From: an uncultured Chloroflexia bacterium
GTDB taxonomy: Bacteria; Chloroflexota; Limnocylindria; Limnocylindrales; CSP1-4
Length of the DNA stretch: 64,000 bases
NCBI GenBank assembly: GCA_963768655.1
Contig: CAVYIM010000004.1
Span: forward strand, 416,001-480,000
Reading direction: 5' to 3'
The position numbers and the translations under genes are program-made. Position 1 is the stretch's first letter. Every line of letters starts with the position of its first letter. The notes beneath the pieces were generated by a model. That model ran no database searches. It was not told the DNA's origin and worked only from the letters and a program-made list of their open reading frames with translations. Shown here in pieces: positions 51,992-61,976 of this stretch.

Positions 51992-52957
51992 TCAGGCCTC
52001 GAGTGAGACCGGCAAATCGGTGGCCGCCGACCGGTAGAGAGCCTGGATCGTGCGAGCCTGGCCCAGGGCATCCGCCCGGCCGAGCAGCGGCTTGCCCTCG
52101 CCGAGGATCGCGGCGCTCATGTTCTCCAGCTCCAGGCGGTAGGCGTTGTCGGACTCGACCTCGATCTCGCGATCGCCGAGCCTGATTCCGCCGTCCTCGC
52201 CCAGCCACGGGTCGTGCAGCAGCAGAGTGCCCCTGGCACCTATGGCCTCGAGCGAACGGTGGTGGGACGTGAAGCCGGCGACGATCTCGGCGACGGCGCC
52301 CGACGGGAACCGCAGCAGACCGGCGAAGGTCTGATCCACGCCCGACGGCGTAAGGGTCTGGACGCCGAACACCGCGGACGGCTCGGCTCCGGCGACCAGG
52401 CGGGAGCCGCTGATGCAGTAGCAGCCCACGTCCATCAGGCTGCCGCCATCCATCGCCGGATCCAGCCGGACGTCGCCCTCGTTCGTCAGGACGAAGCTGA
52501 AGCTGGCCCGCATCGACTCCAGATCCCCGATCTCGGGCAGCAGCTCCACGAAGCGCCGAACCTGCGGGGTGTGGCGCCACATGAATGCCTCCATCAGGGT
52601 CAGACCGGCCGCCTCCGCGGCGTCGAAAGCCTCGACGACTTCCTTCGGGTGGCGTGAGTAGGGTTTCTCGCACAGCACGTGCTTGCCGGCCGCGAGCGCC
52701 GCCATAGTCTGAGGATGATGAAACGAGTTGGGAGTGCCGATGTAGACGGCATCGACCTCGGGGTCGGCGAGTAGCGCCTCATACGACCCGTAGGTGCGAG
52801 GGATCCCGAACTTCGAAGCGAATTCCGCCGCCCGGGCGCGGTCGCGACTGCCCACCGCTACGACGGTGGCGTTGGCCGCATTTCCGCCATCGCCCACCAG
52901 CCTGGCGGAGATGCGGCCGGCGCCGAGGATGCCCCAGCGGACCTTTTCGGAAGCCAT
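51992..52957 (-). CDS. Gfo/Idh/MocA family oxidoreductase
   Basis: WGILGAGRI, GKHVLCEKP, GGSLMDVGCY. Confidence 0.93.
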   Translation of the reverse strand: MASEKVRWGILGAGRISARLVGDGGNAANATVVAVGSRDRARAAEFASKFGIPRTYGSYEALLADPEVDAVYIGTPNSFHHPQTMAALAAGKHVLCEKPYSRHPKEVVEAFDAAEAAGLTLMEAFMWRHTPQVRRFVELLPEIGDLESMRASFSFVLTNEGDVRLDPAMDGGSLMDVGCYCISGSRLVAGAEPSAVFGVQTLTPSGVDQTFAGLLRFPSGAVAEIVAGFTSHHRSLEAIGARGTLLLHDPWLGEDGGIRLGDREIEVESDNAYRLELENMSAAILGEGKPLLGRADALGQARTIQALYRSAATDLPVSLEA

Positions 52958-53272
52958 GGTGTCATCTCCTCCTGCCCGGCCGCGGCCGGATCGGCCGCCT
53001 GTTCAGCAGCAGGATGGCACGCTCGCGCAACTTGGAGCCGAAGGAACGGCCGTTGACGATGTCCGCCCGGCAGCCGAGCCGGTGCGGCTCATCGGCGCTG
53101 GCCGCGCCGACCCGCGCTCGGACGCGAGACGGCGGTTTCGGCCCGTGAGCCGCGTCCCCCATTCCATTGACACGTCCGGCCCGCCCATCAGGATCGCCCC
53201 GAACGCACCCGGCGGAGACGGGCGGCCCACCCGGCCGACCAGCCGCCCGGAGGCCGTGGGAGGTCGGTCGCC

Positions 53273-56200
53273 GTGGCCCAGATTACCGTCTCACCCGATC
53301 CATCCGATCCGGACGCCGTGTTGCCGCCTGCGTCGGGCGTTGTCTCGGCCGAACGACCGCGCGGTCGCCGCCAGGTCCGCCGGCGCCTGCTCGTGCTTCT
53401 GCTCGCCCTGCTGGTGATCGCCGGCGTCGCCGTCGTGGAAGTACCCCAGCTCCTCTCGCCCGCCTCGACGGAGACCATCTGGCAAGCCATCACATCCGGC
53501 ATCACCAATGGCACCGTGCCCAAGCAGACGGCCCTCGAGGCCTTCGCCTACGTCTACAGGGTCAGCATTCCGGGCGTGACCGTCCCGAACGGGATCGAGG
53601 GCGGCGACGGGCCCACGTCGGGCACCGGCGTCACGAGCTGGGTCCAGGCCAACTGGAGCTCGCTCACGCCCGATCAGCAGGCGGTCATCACCCGCTACCT
53701 GCCGCCCGCCACCGCGGCCGGGACCAGGCAGATGACCCCGGCGCCGAGCGGCGCGGCGGCAGCCCGGCCGCAATTCCAGCTCGAGGGTGTCGTCAACCCG
53801 TGGCCGATCGTCACGAACGTGGCTCCGGACGCCTCGACCGACCTCGCGATGGCGATGTCCTCCGAGGTCGCAACGGACGTCGCCCACATCGGCAACAGGT
53901 TGGGCCTGCCCATCATCGACATCGGCCTGCCGGGCTTCCCCAACATAATGCTCACCCTGAGCGACGCCGACGGTGGCGACGCCCTGTTCGTGACCAACAT
54001 CATCGACTACCCCAACCTCCCCGGACACATCGCGCCATGCGCGATCACGGCGTTTGCGAACGCTTGGAAGGGCGAGTCGGTCAACGGCAATGGCGGCGTC
54101 TCGCCCCGGCTGCACGTCCTGATCACCCATGAAGTCGTCCACTGCTACCAGAACACGGTCTGGGGGGGCAGTGCGGTTGCCAACGCGATTCCGCCCTGGA
54201 TCACAGAGGGCACGGCGATGTATCTCGCCGCGGACGACACGCAAGTCGCCGAGCCGACGCTGGCCGACGTCTGGACGAAGGGCTACATCGGCCGAGACGA
54301 GACTGCGCTCACCGACCGCACCTACGACTCCTTCGGCTACTTCGCCCTTCTGGCCCACCAGGGACGGGATCTCTGGAGCCTGATGGCCCCGGCATGGGAG
54401 GCGGCGGCCAAGGGACCCGAACGCTCCAACGCGTTCATCGCCGTGCTCCAGGGCGACGCCCCCGACATCGTCGACAACTGGGCCGAGTCGTACCTGCGCC
54501 AGGGCCTGTGGGGGGACCCCTGGATCATGTACGGCTTCGGACTGCCGGACTCGGCCGAGGTCACTCAGCACCCGGCTCAGGCCCAGCCGGATCCCGGCTG
54601 GATCGGCTCGGTGAACAGCCGGGCGAACACCGTTCTCAATGTCACCGCCTCCTCGGGCGAGGTCGTGACCGTGACCACCGACGGCCTGGCCAGCGTCCAC
54701 GACGGCGGCAGCGATAGCTACACCGCGTTCCAGACTCAGACCTTCTGCACCGTCGACAGCTGCGTGTGCCCCGGGGGAACGCTTCTTGCCGGACAGGACA
54801 TGGCCAGCCAGCATCTCGCGATCCCCTTCGTGGCCGCGTTCAACGGCGCGGTCGGCGGGTCCAAGTACGCCATCGTCGCGGACACGCTGGATAACCTGTG
54901 CAAGCACACTGCGACGCCTGAGCCGCAGGGCACGCCGAACTTCGGACCGTGCGGCCCCGACTGCACTCACTCCAACGGCGACCCGCACCTGGAGACCCTG
55001 AACAAAGACACCTACGACTTCCAGGCGGCCGGCGAGTTCACGCTGCTGAAATCGGCCGATGGCAGCCTCGACATCCAGGCCCGCCAGGAGCCATTCAGCA
55101 ACTCGAAGTCCGTGTCCATCAACACCGCCATAGCCGCCCAGGTCGGAAGCCACCGGGTTGGCGTATACGTGGTCGACTCCCGCCTCCAGGCTCACGTGGA
55201 CGGCAGCGTTGTCGATCTGTCGTCCGGGCCAATGGACCTGGGGTCCGGCGGCAGCATCTCAGCCGTCGACTCGGGCTTCCAGATCGACTTCCCGGACGGC
55301 ACCCAGTTGTGGGCGCTTTCGGTCGGGCAGTGGGGCATCAACGCCCAGATCAAGCCATCAGCCGCTCTCGAAGCCGGCGGGGTCGGTCTGCTCGGGAGGA
55401 CTGTGCCCGGCGGCATGGGGGTCCCCGCTCTTCCGGACGGCACGCGTCTCCCGGCGGCGACCAGCAATGCGCAGTACTTCCAGTTGCTCTACGGCCCGTT
55501 CGCCGATGCCTGGCGCGTCACGGACTCGACGAGCCTGTTCGACTACGACCCGGGCAAGTCCACGGCCACCTACACCATCAAGCCGTTCCCGCTCCAGCCC
55601 GTTGCCTCGCTGACCGACCTATCTGCCGCTCAGCGGGCGGCGGGTGAAACAGCGTGCTCTTCCATAACCGATAGCGCACTGCACGACGAATGCGTCTTCG
55701 ACGTCGGCCTCACCGGACAGGTTGGCTTCGGCTCCGGCTACGCAGCAGTCCAGGCGTTCTACGACTCCGCCGTGGCCGCCCCGACGCCGTCGTCTGTGTC
55801 CGCTTCACCGACTCCGGCTGCGGGCGTTGGCGGGAACGTCGTGACGCTGACCAACGGGACCGCCATCGGCGGTTACGCCCTGGGACCCGACAACACCATC
55901 TACGTTTCCGTCCAGACCGGTGACAACAAGTACAGCCTGATCGCCTACGACCCCAAGACACGCAAGATCGTCAAGCAGGTCAGCGTCCCGGCGGCGACCC
56001 CCGTCCACTTCGCCGCCGGCTCGGTCTGGCTGCCGGGCCTCAAGACCGACGCCAACGGCCATAACTGCAGCATCACCCGCTTCGACGCCGTGACGCTCGC
56101 CGATCAGGCGACGATCAAGACGCCGTGCAGCGCCTTCGGAAGCGTCGGACCGGTCGCCAGCGACGGCTCCACGCTCTGGTTCGAGGACGACACGAACTAC

Positions 56201-56788
56201 GACTCGACCACGCTGAAGGGCGCGGTAGTCACGAGTATCGATCCGTCCACGAACGCACCCGGCACCAGCGTTCCGCTCCCCAGCGTTGGCGGGTACTTCC
56301 TCGACTCGCAGGGCGCTCTCTTCTATCAGGACGAGCACAAGAACTACTTCCGTCTGACGACAGGCGCGACCGCGTTCGACCCTCTTGGCTCGTTCAGCCA
56401 GTACTTCGCGGTCCGCCCTGCCGGCACCGGCTTGTGGGCCCAGGACAGCAGCGGCAAGACGGCCGAGTACTTCACGCAGGCCGGAAACCCGCAGGCCACT
56501 ATCCAGGTTGGCGGGAGTCTGGTCGCAGGCGACGCCAAGGCTGCCTACGAGGACGTCCTTGGTAACAACGACCAGGGAGTAACTGAAGAGCAGCTGTGGC
56601 GCTATCCGATCGACGGGTCCACTCCGACCCAGATCAACTCGTCGGGGACGATCGACAGCGGCGCCCTGCCGTACGCGGCCGATCCGCTGCCGATCAGCGA
56701 CGGCAACGGCGTCCTGAAGCTGTGGTCGACTCGCAGCGGCACTCAGCAGCTGGCGGTGATCCTGCTGCAGTGGACGCCCACGCCCTGA
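53273..56788 (+). CDS. Large membrane-anchored protein: gluzincin-like domain + VWD/C8-like module + beta-propeller
   Basis: N-terminal TM; HEVVH-x21-E; NGDPH...YDFQAAGEFTL; ECVFDVGLTG; C-terminal beta-rich repeats. Confidence 0.85.
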   Translation: MAQITVSPDPSDPDAVLPPASGVVSAERPRGRRQVRRRLLVLLLALLVIAGVAVVEVPQLLSPASTETIWQAITSGITNGTVPKQTALEAFAYVYRVSIPGVTVPNGIEGGDGPTSGTGVTSWVQANWSSLTPDQQAVITRYLPPATAAGTRQMTPAPSGAAAARPQFQLEGVVNPWPIVTNVAPDASTDLAMAMSSEVATDVAHIGNRLGLPIIDIGLPGFPNIMLTLSDADGGDALFVTNIIDYPNLPGHIAPCAITAFANAWKGESVNGNGGVSPRLHVLITHEVVHCYQNTVWGGSAVANAIPPWITEGTAMYLAADDTQVAEPTLADVWTKGYIGRDETALTDRTYDSFGYFALLAHQGRDLWSLMAPAWEAAAKGPERSNAFIAVLQGDAPDIVDNWAESYLRQGLWGDPWIMYGFGLPDSAEVTQHPAQAQPDPGWIGSVNSRANTVLNVTASSGEVVTVTTDGLASVHDGGSDSYTAFQTQTFCTVDSCVCPGGTLLAGQDMASQHLAIPFVAAFNGAVGGSKYAIVADTLDNLCKHTATPEPQGTPNFGPCGPDCTHSNGDPHLETLNKDTYDFQAAGEFTLLKSADGSLDIQARQEPFSNSKSVSINTAIAAQVGSHRVGVYVVDSRLQAHVDGSVVDLSSGPMDLGSGGSISAVDSGFQIDFPDGTQLWALSVGQWGINAQIKPSAALEAGGVGLLGRTVPGGMGVPALPDGTRLPAATSNAQYFQLLYGPFADAWRVTDSTSLFDYDPGKSTATYTIKPFPLQPVASLTDLSAAQRAAGETACSSITDSALHDECVFDVGLTGQVGFGSGYAAVQAFYDSAVAAPTPSSVSASPTPAAGVGGNVVTLTNGTAIGGYALGPDNTIYVSVQTGDNKYSLIAYDPKTRKIVKQVSVPAATPVHFAAGSVWLPGLKTDANGHNCSITRFDAVTLADQATIKTPCSAFGSVGPVASDGSTLWFEDDTNYDSTTLKGAVVTSIDPSTNAPGTSVPLPSVGGYFLDSQGALFYQDEHKNYFRLTTGATAFDPLGSFSQYFAVRPAGTGLWAQDSSGKTAEYFTQAGNPQATIQVGGSLVAGDAKAAYEDVLGNNDQGVTEEQLWRYPIDGSTPTQINSSGTIDSGALPYAADPLPISDGNGVLKLWSTRSGTQQLAVILLQWTPTP

Positions 56789-56822
56789 CCCACCCGGCTC
56801 ACGGACGTTGCCGCGCGGCTTC

Positions 56823-57371
56823 CTAGGAGAGCGAGTCCAGGTTCGAGTCGAGCGCCGCCCAATCGGCCCCATCGCTGTCTTCGGCCGGCTCGGCCGGCTC
56901 GGCCGGCTCGGCCGGTTCGACCGGCGGGAGTTCGCGCTCGTTGTGGGCCGAATAGTCGGGCACCGTTCGCTCGTACGAGCCGGTCATCAGCGGCGAGCTG
57001 ATCATGAAATCGGCCGAGGCCCGGTCGCAGGCGACCGGGATGTTCCACACGACCGCGATCCGCAGCAGCGACTTGACGTCCGTGTCGTGGGGCTGGGGCT
57101 CGAGCGGATCCCAGAAGAAGACCAGGAAGTCGATGCTGCCGTCGGCGATCATGGCCCCGATCTGGAGGTCTCCGCCCAGCGGACCGGACTGGAGGCAGGT
57201 CACCGGCAGATCTAGTTCGCGCCCGAGCATCGTCCCGGTGGTCCCCGTCGCGACGAGATCGTGAGCCTCGAGCATGCCCCGGTTGAAGCGCGCCCACTCG
57301 ATCAGGTCTTGCTTCTTGTTGTCATGGGCGACGAGCCCGATCCGTTTGCGTGGTTTCAGATCCAGTGCCAT
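56823..57371 (-). CDS. mgsA: Methylglyoxal synthase
   Basis: LVAHDNKK, ATGTTG, SGPLGGD, FWDPL..QPHD.D. Confidence 0.96.
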   Translation of the reverse strand: MALDLKPRKRIGLVAHDNKKQDLIEWARFNRGMLEAHDLVATGTTGTMLGRELDLPVTCLQSGPLGGDLQIGAMIADGSIDFLVFFWDPLEPQPHDTDVKSLLRIAVVWNIPVACDRASADFMISSPLMTGSYERTVPDYSAHNERELPPVEPAEPAEPAEPAEDSDGADWAALDSNLDSLS

Positions 57372-57601
57372 CGGCCATTCCTATCCGGCGGCGGCCCCAA
57401 ATCGCCGCACGCCCTATCCCAGGATGACACGAAACCCGCGCACCGTGCGGAGATGGTCCCCGGCGTTGAGCTTGCCTTCGCCGGGGCCCTGGTCCGTGCC
57501 AGCCAAGTGGCACGGAGTCGAGCTCCGCAGTCGCTCTGTGCAGTTCCGCGGCAGTTCCGTGCGCTCGTGCCGCTGCGGGGTTCGGTGCAATCTCCCGGCT
57601 T

Positions 57602-58120
57602 CTACTCCCGCTGCAGCTCCGCGTGCAGCTGGGAGCGAGCCCGCGAGATCCAGCTCGCCACCGTCCCGACGGGCGCCGAGAGCATGGCCGCGATCTCGGC
57701 GTGGGTGTAGCCGTCCACGACGTTGAGCAGCAGCGCAGCCCTGACCCGCGGCTCCAGGGACTTGATGGCGGCCGCCAGATCTGGGTCCGCGGGATCCTGC
57801 CAGGACCGCGGCTGGACACGGCCGATCGCCGCCAGCCAGCGGCGCCGCCGGCGCAACTCGTTGAAGGCGAGTCGCAGACCGATCGTATAGAGCCACGCTC
57901 GAACGTCACTGCCGTCGAAGCGCGACCATGACCGAAATGCCTGCAGGTACGCCTCCTGTGCGACGTCCTCCGCCTCGGCCCGGTCACCCAGAACGAGGAC
58001 CAGTCGCCGGACCAACGGGGCGTATTGCGGCGCGACCGCTCGCTCGAAGCTCTCGGCGACCTCGCGTCGGTCTTCGCCGCGCCCCAGCGCGATGGCGGGC
58101 AAGGATGTGTCGCTGTTCAC
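57602..58120 (-). CDS. ECF sigma-70 factor
   Basis: AEDVAQEAYL, WLYTI, EIAAML..PVGTVASWISRAR. Confidence 0.92.
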   Translation of the reverse strand: MNSDTSLPAIALGRGEDRREVAESFERAVAPQYAPLVRRLVLVLGDRAEAEDVAQEAYLQAFRSWSRFDGSDVRAWLYTIGLRLAFNELRRRRRWLAAIGRVQPRSWQDPADPDLAAAIKSLEPRVRAALLLNVVDGYTHAEIAAMLSAPVGTVASWISRARSQLHAELQRE

Positions 58121-58181
58121 GGCTTGCTCCGTAGCGCGTTCGGCCCGGCACGAAGCCGGGCCGAACGACGATCCCTGGATA

Positions 58182-58670
58182 TCAGCGGGCTGTGCATGCG
58201 CCCGACAGCGGCGCCCCCTGTCGCTGATCCACCACCATCAACAGTGTCCCGTCGACGATCGCGCCCGGAACCACGACACCCGTGGCCGGCGCGGTGGTCT
58301 GGATCACGGTGGTCGGCGGCGTCTTTGCGTCGCCGTTCCCGGCCGAGGCGTCGCGCTCGATCTGCCACTGGACCCTGGTGATCCCATGCGCGGCGATGTA
58401 CGCGGCGGCCTGCGGTGGAGTCATGCACTCCATCCGTGCCCCGGCCAGCGGCTGCCCCGGGTTCTCGACGCCCGGGTGACCCTGAGCCTGGCCGAGGATC
58501 ACCGCGCCCGCGAGCGCCGAGCCGGCCACCGCGAGAATGAGCAGCGGCGCGGTCGCGAAAGAGAGCGCGAGGCGCCTGCTCCGGCGGGCCGGCAGGGCCG
58601 GCGGCTCGGCCGTCTCGAGCCTGGACTCCATGGCCATCAGGCGGTCCCTGAGGTCTCCATCCGTCGTCAT
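58182..58670 (-). CDS. Single-pass membrane protein, putative anti-sigma
   Basis: DLRDRL helix, TM, small two-Cys external domain. AAGGAG SD. Adjacent to the sigma gene. Confidence 0.7.
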   Translation of the reverse strand: MTTDGDLRDRLMAMESRLETAEPPALPARRSRRLALSFATAPLLILAVAGSALAGAVILGQAQGHPGVENPGQPLAGARMECMTPPQAAAYIAAHGITRVQWQIERDASAGNGDAKTPPTTVIQTTAPATGVVVPGAIVDGTLLMVVDQRQGAPLSGACTAR

Positions 58671-58796
58671 GTCGTGCTCCTTCGGCTTCGCGGGCTCGCT
58701 CGATGTCCGCCTTCGACCGGTACAACACCGGTCCGCCCCGAATCCATGCGACCACGACGCCCCTGTGTGGAATGGATCGCCCGCCCCGGCTCCGCC

Positions 58797-59852
58797 TCAG
58801 CAGTCGACGGCGTCGCCTGGGGCGCGCTGGGCTGGCGTGTAGAGGTGGTAGTTGGCCCCGCAGGCGGCCTGGTTGCCTTCGTGGACGGCGGCGCTGACCT
58901 GGTGGTCGTGCAGGCTGGTGGCGTCGCCGGCCGCGTACACGCCGGGCACGTTGGTGTGCTGCTCCGAGGTGACGACGATCTGGCCGAGCGGGTTCAGCTC
59001 GAGGCCGAGCTGGCGGGCGAGGTCGGTGGCAGCCCGCGTTCGGCGGACGGTGTAGACCTGTTGGACCGGGACGCGCGTCCGGCGGGGATCGTCGAGAACG
59101 AGCGCCTGCATCTGCCCGTCGCGGTTTTCGTACTCCAGAACGCCGCACGGGTGGGCGGCGATGCCGCTACCGGCCAGGTCGGCCAGTCGCGAAACCGGAA
59201 CCTCGAAGCCCTCCGGGCGGCCGGCGACGATCGTCACGTGGCTGGTGAAGACGAGCAGGTCGAGCGCGGTCTGGACCGCATCCTCGTCGTGGCCGACGAC
59301 GCCCACGACGTGGTCGATCGATTCGTAGCCGTCGCAATGGATGCACCAGAACAGGCTCCGCCCCACGCAGCCGTCCCGACCGGGAAACTCGGGAAAGTGG
59401 CCGAAGACGCCGGTGGCCAGGATCACCGTTCGGGCGATCACTTCCACCGGCCCACCCTGCGGCACCTCGCCGAACATTCGGGCCATCTCGGCGTCGCGGG
59501 GAGCGGTCGGCCCCGGGCCGCCTCCGCGGGCGCCGCCCTCGGGCAGCCGCTCGATCCGCAGCCGGAACCGATCGCCGTCGCGCGTCGCGGTGGCGACGTG
59601 CCCGAGCAGCAGCTCCGCTCCATACCCGGCCGCCTGGCGCCAGCCGAGGCGGCGGATATCTGCGGCCGGAAGTCCGTCCGGGAAGCCGAGGTAGTTGTAG
59701 ATCGTGTGCTGCCAGCGGAAGCGGTCGCGCTCGTCGACGAGGAGAACGCTGCGGCGCATGCGGCCCATGTTCACGGCCGCCGAGAGACCGGCGGCCCCGC
59801 CTCCGACTACGACGCAGTCGAACTCGCGAGGGGAAGCGTTGGGAGTGCTCAT
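58797..59852 (-). CDS. Thioredoxin reductase-like FAD oxidoreductase
   Basis: GGGAAG, ILATG, WCIHCDG, TNVPGVYAAGD. Confidence 0.9.
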   Translation of the reverse strand: MSTPNASPREFDCVVVGGGAAGLSAAVNMGRMRRSVLLVDERDRFRWQHTIYNYLGFPDGLPAADIRRLGWRQAAGYGAELLLGHVATATRDGDRFRLRIERLPEGGARGGGPGPTAPRDAEMARMFGEVPQGGPVEVIARTVILATGVFGHFPEFPGRDGCVGRSLFWCIHCDGYESIDHVVGVVGHDEDAVQTALDLLVFTSHVTIVAGRPEGFEVPVSRLADLAGSGIAAHPCGVLEYENRDGQMQALVLDDPRRTRVPVQQVYTVRRTRAATDLARQLGLELNPLGQIVVTSEQHTNVPGVYAAGDATSLHDHQVSAAVHEGNQAACGANYHLYTPAQRAPGDAVDC

Positions 59853-59946
59853 GGCCCAATCATGCACTCATCCGGGTCCGGCGGCATAGGCCCGCAGGAT
59901 CGAGCCCGACCGGATGTTTCAGAGGTTTCGCTGAGCGGGCGCCCCG

Positions 59947-61122
59947 CTATCCTCGCGCCTCGAAGCGTTCGAGCGTGTAGCGGTCCACTTCCGTGCCGTC
60001 GAGCGTGACGCCCGCAGGGACGGCCATGCGGCCCTTCGCGATCGGCAGCGGCACGGCCAGGAGGTCGTGGACGAGCAGGCCGGCCGTGGCCAAACCGTGC
60101 GCTCGCTCCGGACTCGCCGCCCGCTCCGGCGCAAACGGGCCTTCGAGCGCGCGCCTGTCCCGCATCGCCCCCGCGATGCGGAGCACGGCGGCGACTCCAA
60201 CGCCGGTTTCGAAGTAGGTGCCCAGGATGACCTGCGCTCCGGCCGCCGAGGCCGCCTCGGCGATCCGCAACGTCGGCGCCTTCCCTCCGACCCGGGCCGG
60301 CTTGACGACGACGACGTCGGCGGCTCCCTCGGCCAGGGCGGCCCGCGCCGAGCCCTCCGAGTCGATGCTCTCATCGAGCGCGATCGGAACCCGGACGCGT
60401 TCCCTCAGAGCGGCGTGGCCGGATATGTCCCAGGCGGCGAGCGGCTGCTCCACGAACTCGATCCGGAACGGCTCGATGGTCGCGATCCGCTCGACGGCGG
60501 TGTCGAGATCCCACGCTCCCGAGGCGTCGATCCGCAGGCGCGGCTCCGGGCCCACTGCCGCCCGAAGAGCTCGAAGGCGATCGACCAGCTGGTCGGTGGT
60601 GCGCTCGAAGCCGGCTCGCAGCTTGAGCGTGTCGAACCCGAGCTCGACGGCCTGGGCGGCCGCTTCCGCCCCGGCGTCCGGTCCTCCGAACGCGATGGTC
60701 GCGCTGACGGGGATCGGAGTGTTCGACGGCCCGGCGTCCACGCTTCCGCCGACACTCCGAGCCGCAGCCAGGACGGCAAGCAGGCCACCGATCGCGCCGT
60801 CGACCGCGGCCATGGCGGCCCGGCCCGGCTCGCCCTCGGCCGCCAGTTCCGACCATGTCGGCGGCCGGCCGCCGGCCAGCGCCGGTACGATCTCGCGCAC
60901 CAGCCTCGCGAGAGCCGCGGTGATGACATCCGTCGCGATCGGGTTGAGTGCGGCCTCACCCAGGCCTTCGTGGCCGTCCTCGTCCACCACTCGCACGAGC
61001 CAGGATCGCCGATGCGTGAACTCGCCGGTCGCGTCCAGGAGCGGCCGCCGAAATGGAACCCGAACGCAAATCGCCTCGACCCTGGCGAGACGCGGCGAGG
61101 CCGTGGGTTCGGAGGCTGGCAT
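59947..61122 (-). CDS. Enolase superfamily protein, MLE/OSBS (MenC)-like
   Basis: GLGEAA, RIDA, EQP, ALDES, VKP. Confidence 0.85.
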   Translation of the reverse strand: MPASEPTASPRLARVEAICVRVPFRRPLLDATGEFTHRRSWLVRVVDEDGHEGLGEAALNPIATDVITAALARLVREIVPALAGGRPPTWSELAAEGEPGRAAMAAVDGAIGGLLAVLAAARSVGGSVDAGPSNTPIPVSATIAFGGPDAGAEAAAQAVELGFDTLKLRAGFERTTDQLVDRLRALRAAVGPEPRLRIDASGAWDLDTAVERIATIEPFRIEFVEQPLAAWDISGHAALRERVRVPIALDESIDSEGSARAALAEGAADVVVVKPARVGGKAPTLRIAEAASAAGAQVILGTYFETGVGVAAVLRIAGAMRDRRALEGPFAPERAASPERAHGLATAGLLVHDLLAVPLPIAKGRMAVPAGVTLDGTEVDRYTLERFEARG

Positions 61123-61295
61123 CGCACCATTCTAGGCGCCGGCATCCCAGGCGCCGGCATCCCGGGCGCCGGCGCGGCTCCACGCTGGGGCGGGCACAGG
61201 CCCGGCGCCGCTGCGTCAGCGGCGGGTGCACGTGACGGGCGCGCACGGATAATGGCCGCGGCGGAGCAGGCGCCCGGATTGGCGGAGGCGACAGA

Positions 61296-61856
61296 GTGGC
61301 CAAACTCAGCGGCAAGGACGGAGGACGCCAGGAGGACGAGGCGGCGACGCCCGCGGTTCGGGCGTGCGTCACCGACGACCTGACCGCGGTTGCGCGGATC
61401 TACGCACACTACGTTGTGCACAGCACGGCCACGTTCGAAGAGGAACCGCCGACCCTAGAGGAATGGCGAAGGCGGCTACGCGAGATCGCCCTGCTCGGGC
61501 TGCCCTTCCTCGTCGCCGAGGTCGACGGCACGGTGCTCGGCTACGCCTACTGCACGAAGTGGCGGTCGCGGCCGGCCTATCGCCACACCGTCGAGGACTC
61601 GATCTACGTGGCCCCGGACGCCGTCGGGCGGGGCATCGGCACGGCGCTGCTCGAGTCGATCCTGACCCGGTGCGAGGCGCTCGGGATGCGGCAGATGATC
61701 GCGGTCATTGCCGACGGAGAGGATGGGGCTTCCGTCGCACTGCACGAGCGCCACGGTTTTCGGTATGCGGGCCGCCTGGCCGCCGTCGGGTTCAAGCACG
61801 GGCGCTGGATCGACACGATCATGATGCAGCGATCGCTGGGCCCTGACGTCGGGTGA
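61296..61856 (+). CDS. Phosphinothricin/methionine sulfoximine acetyltransferase-like GNAT (YncA/MddA family)
   Basis: TATFEE, AYRHTVEDSIY, VGFKHGRW.D. Confidence 0.9.
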   Translation: MAKLSGKDGGRQEDEAATPAVRACVTDDLTAVARIYAHYVVHSTATFEEEPPTLEEWRRRLREIALLGLPFLVAEVDGTVLGYAYCTKWRSRPAYRHTVEDSIYVAPDAVGRGIGTALLESILTRCEALGMRQMIAVIADGEDGASVALHERHGFRYAGRLAAVGFKHGRWIDTIMMQRSLGPDVG

Positions 61857-61976
61857 GCACAACAGGGGAGCCGCGGCCTCGTGGCCGTGCGGCGGGCCCC
61901 GCGGCCCAACACCGGCGGCCCGCCCGGAGCGCGGTTCCGGCCGCATAGCCGTGGCGCCGTCCTTGCCGTGACTGCG

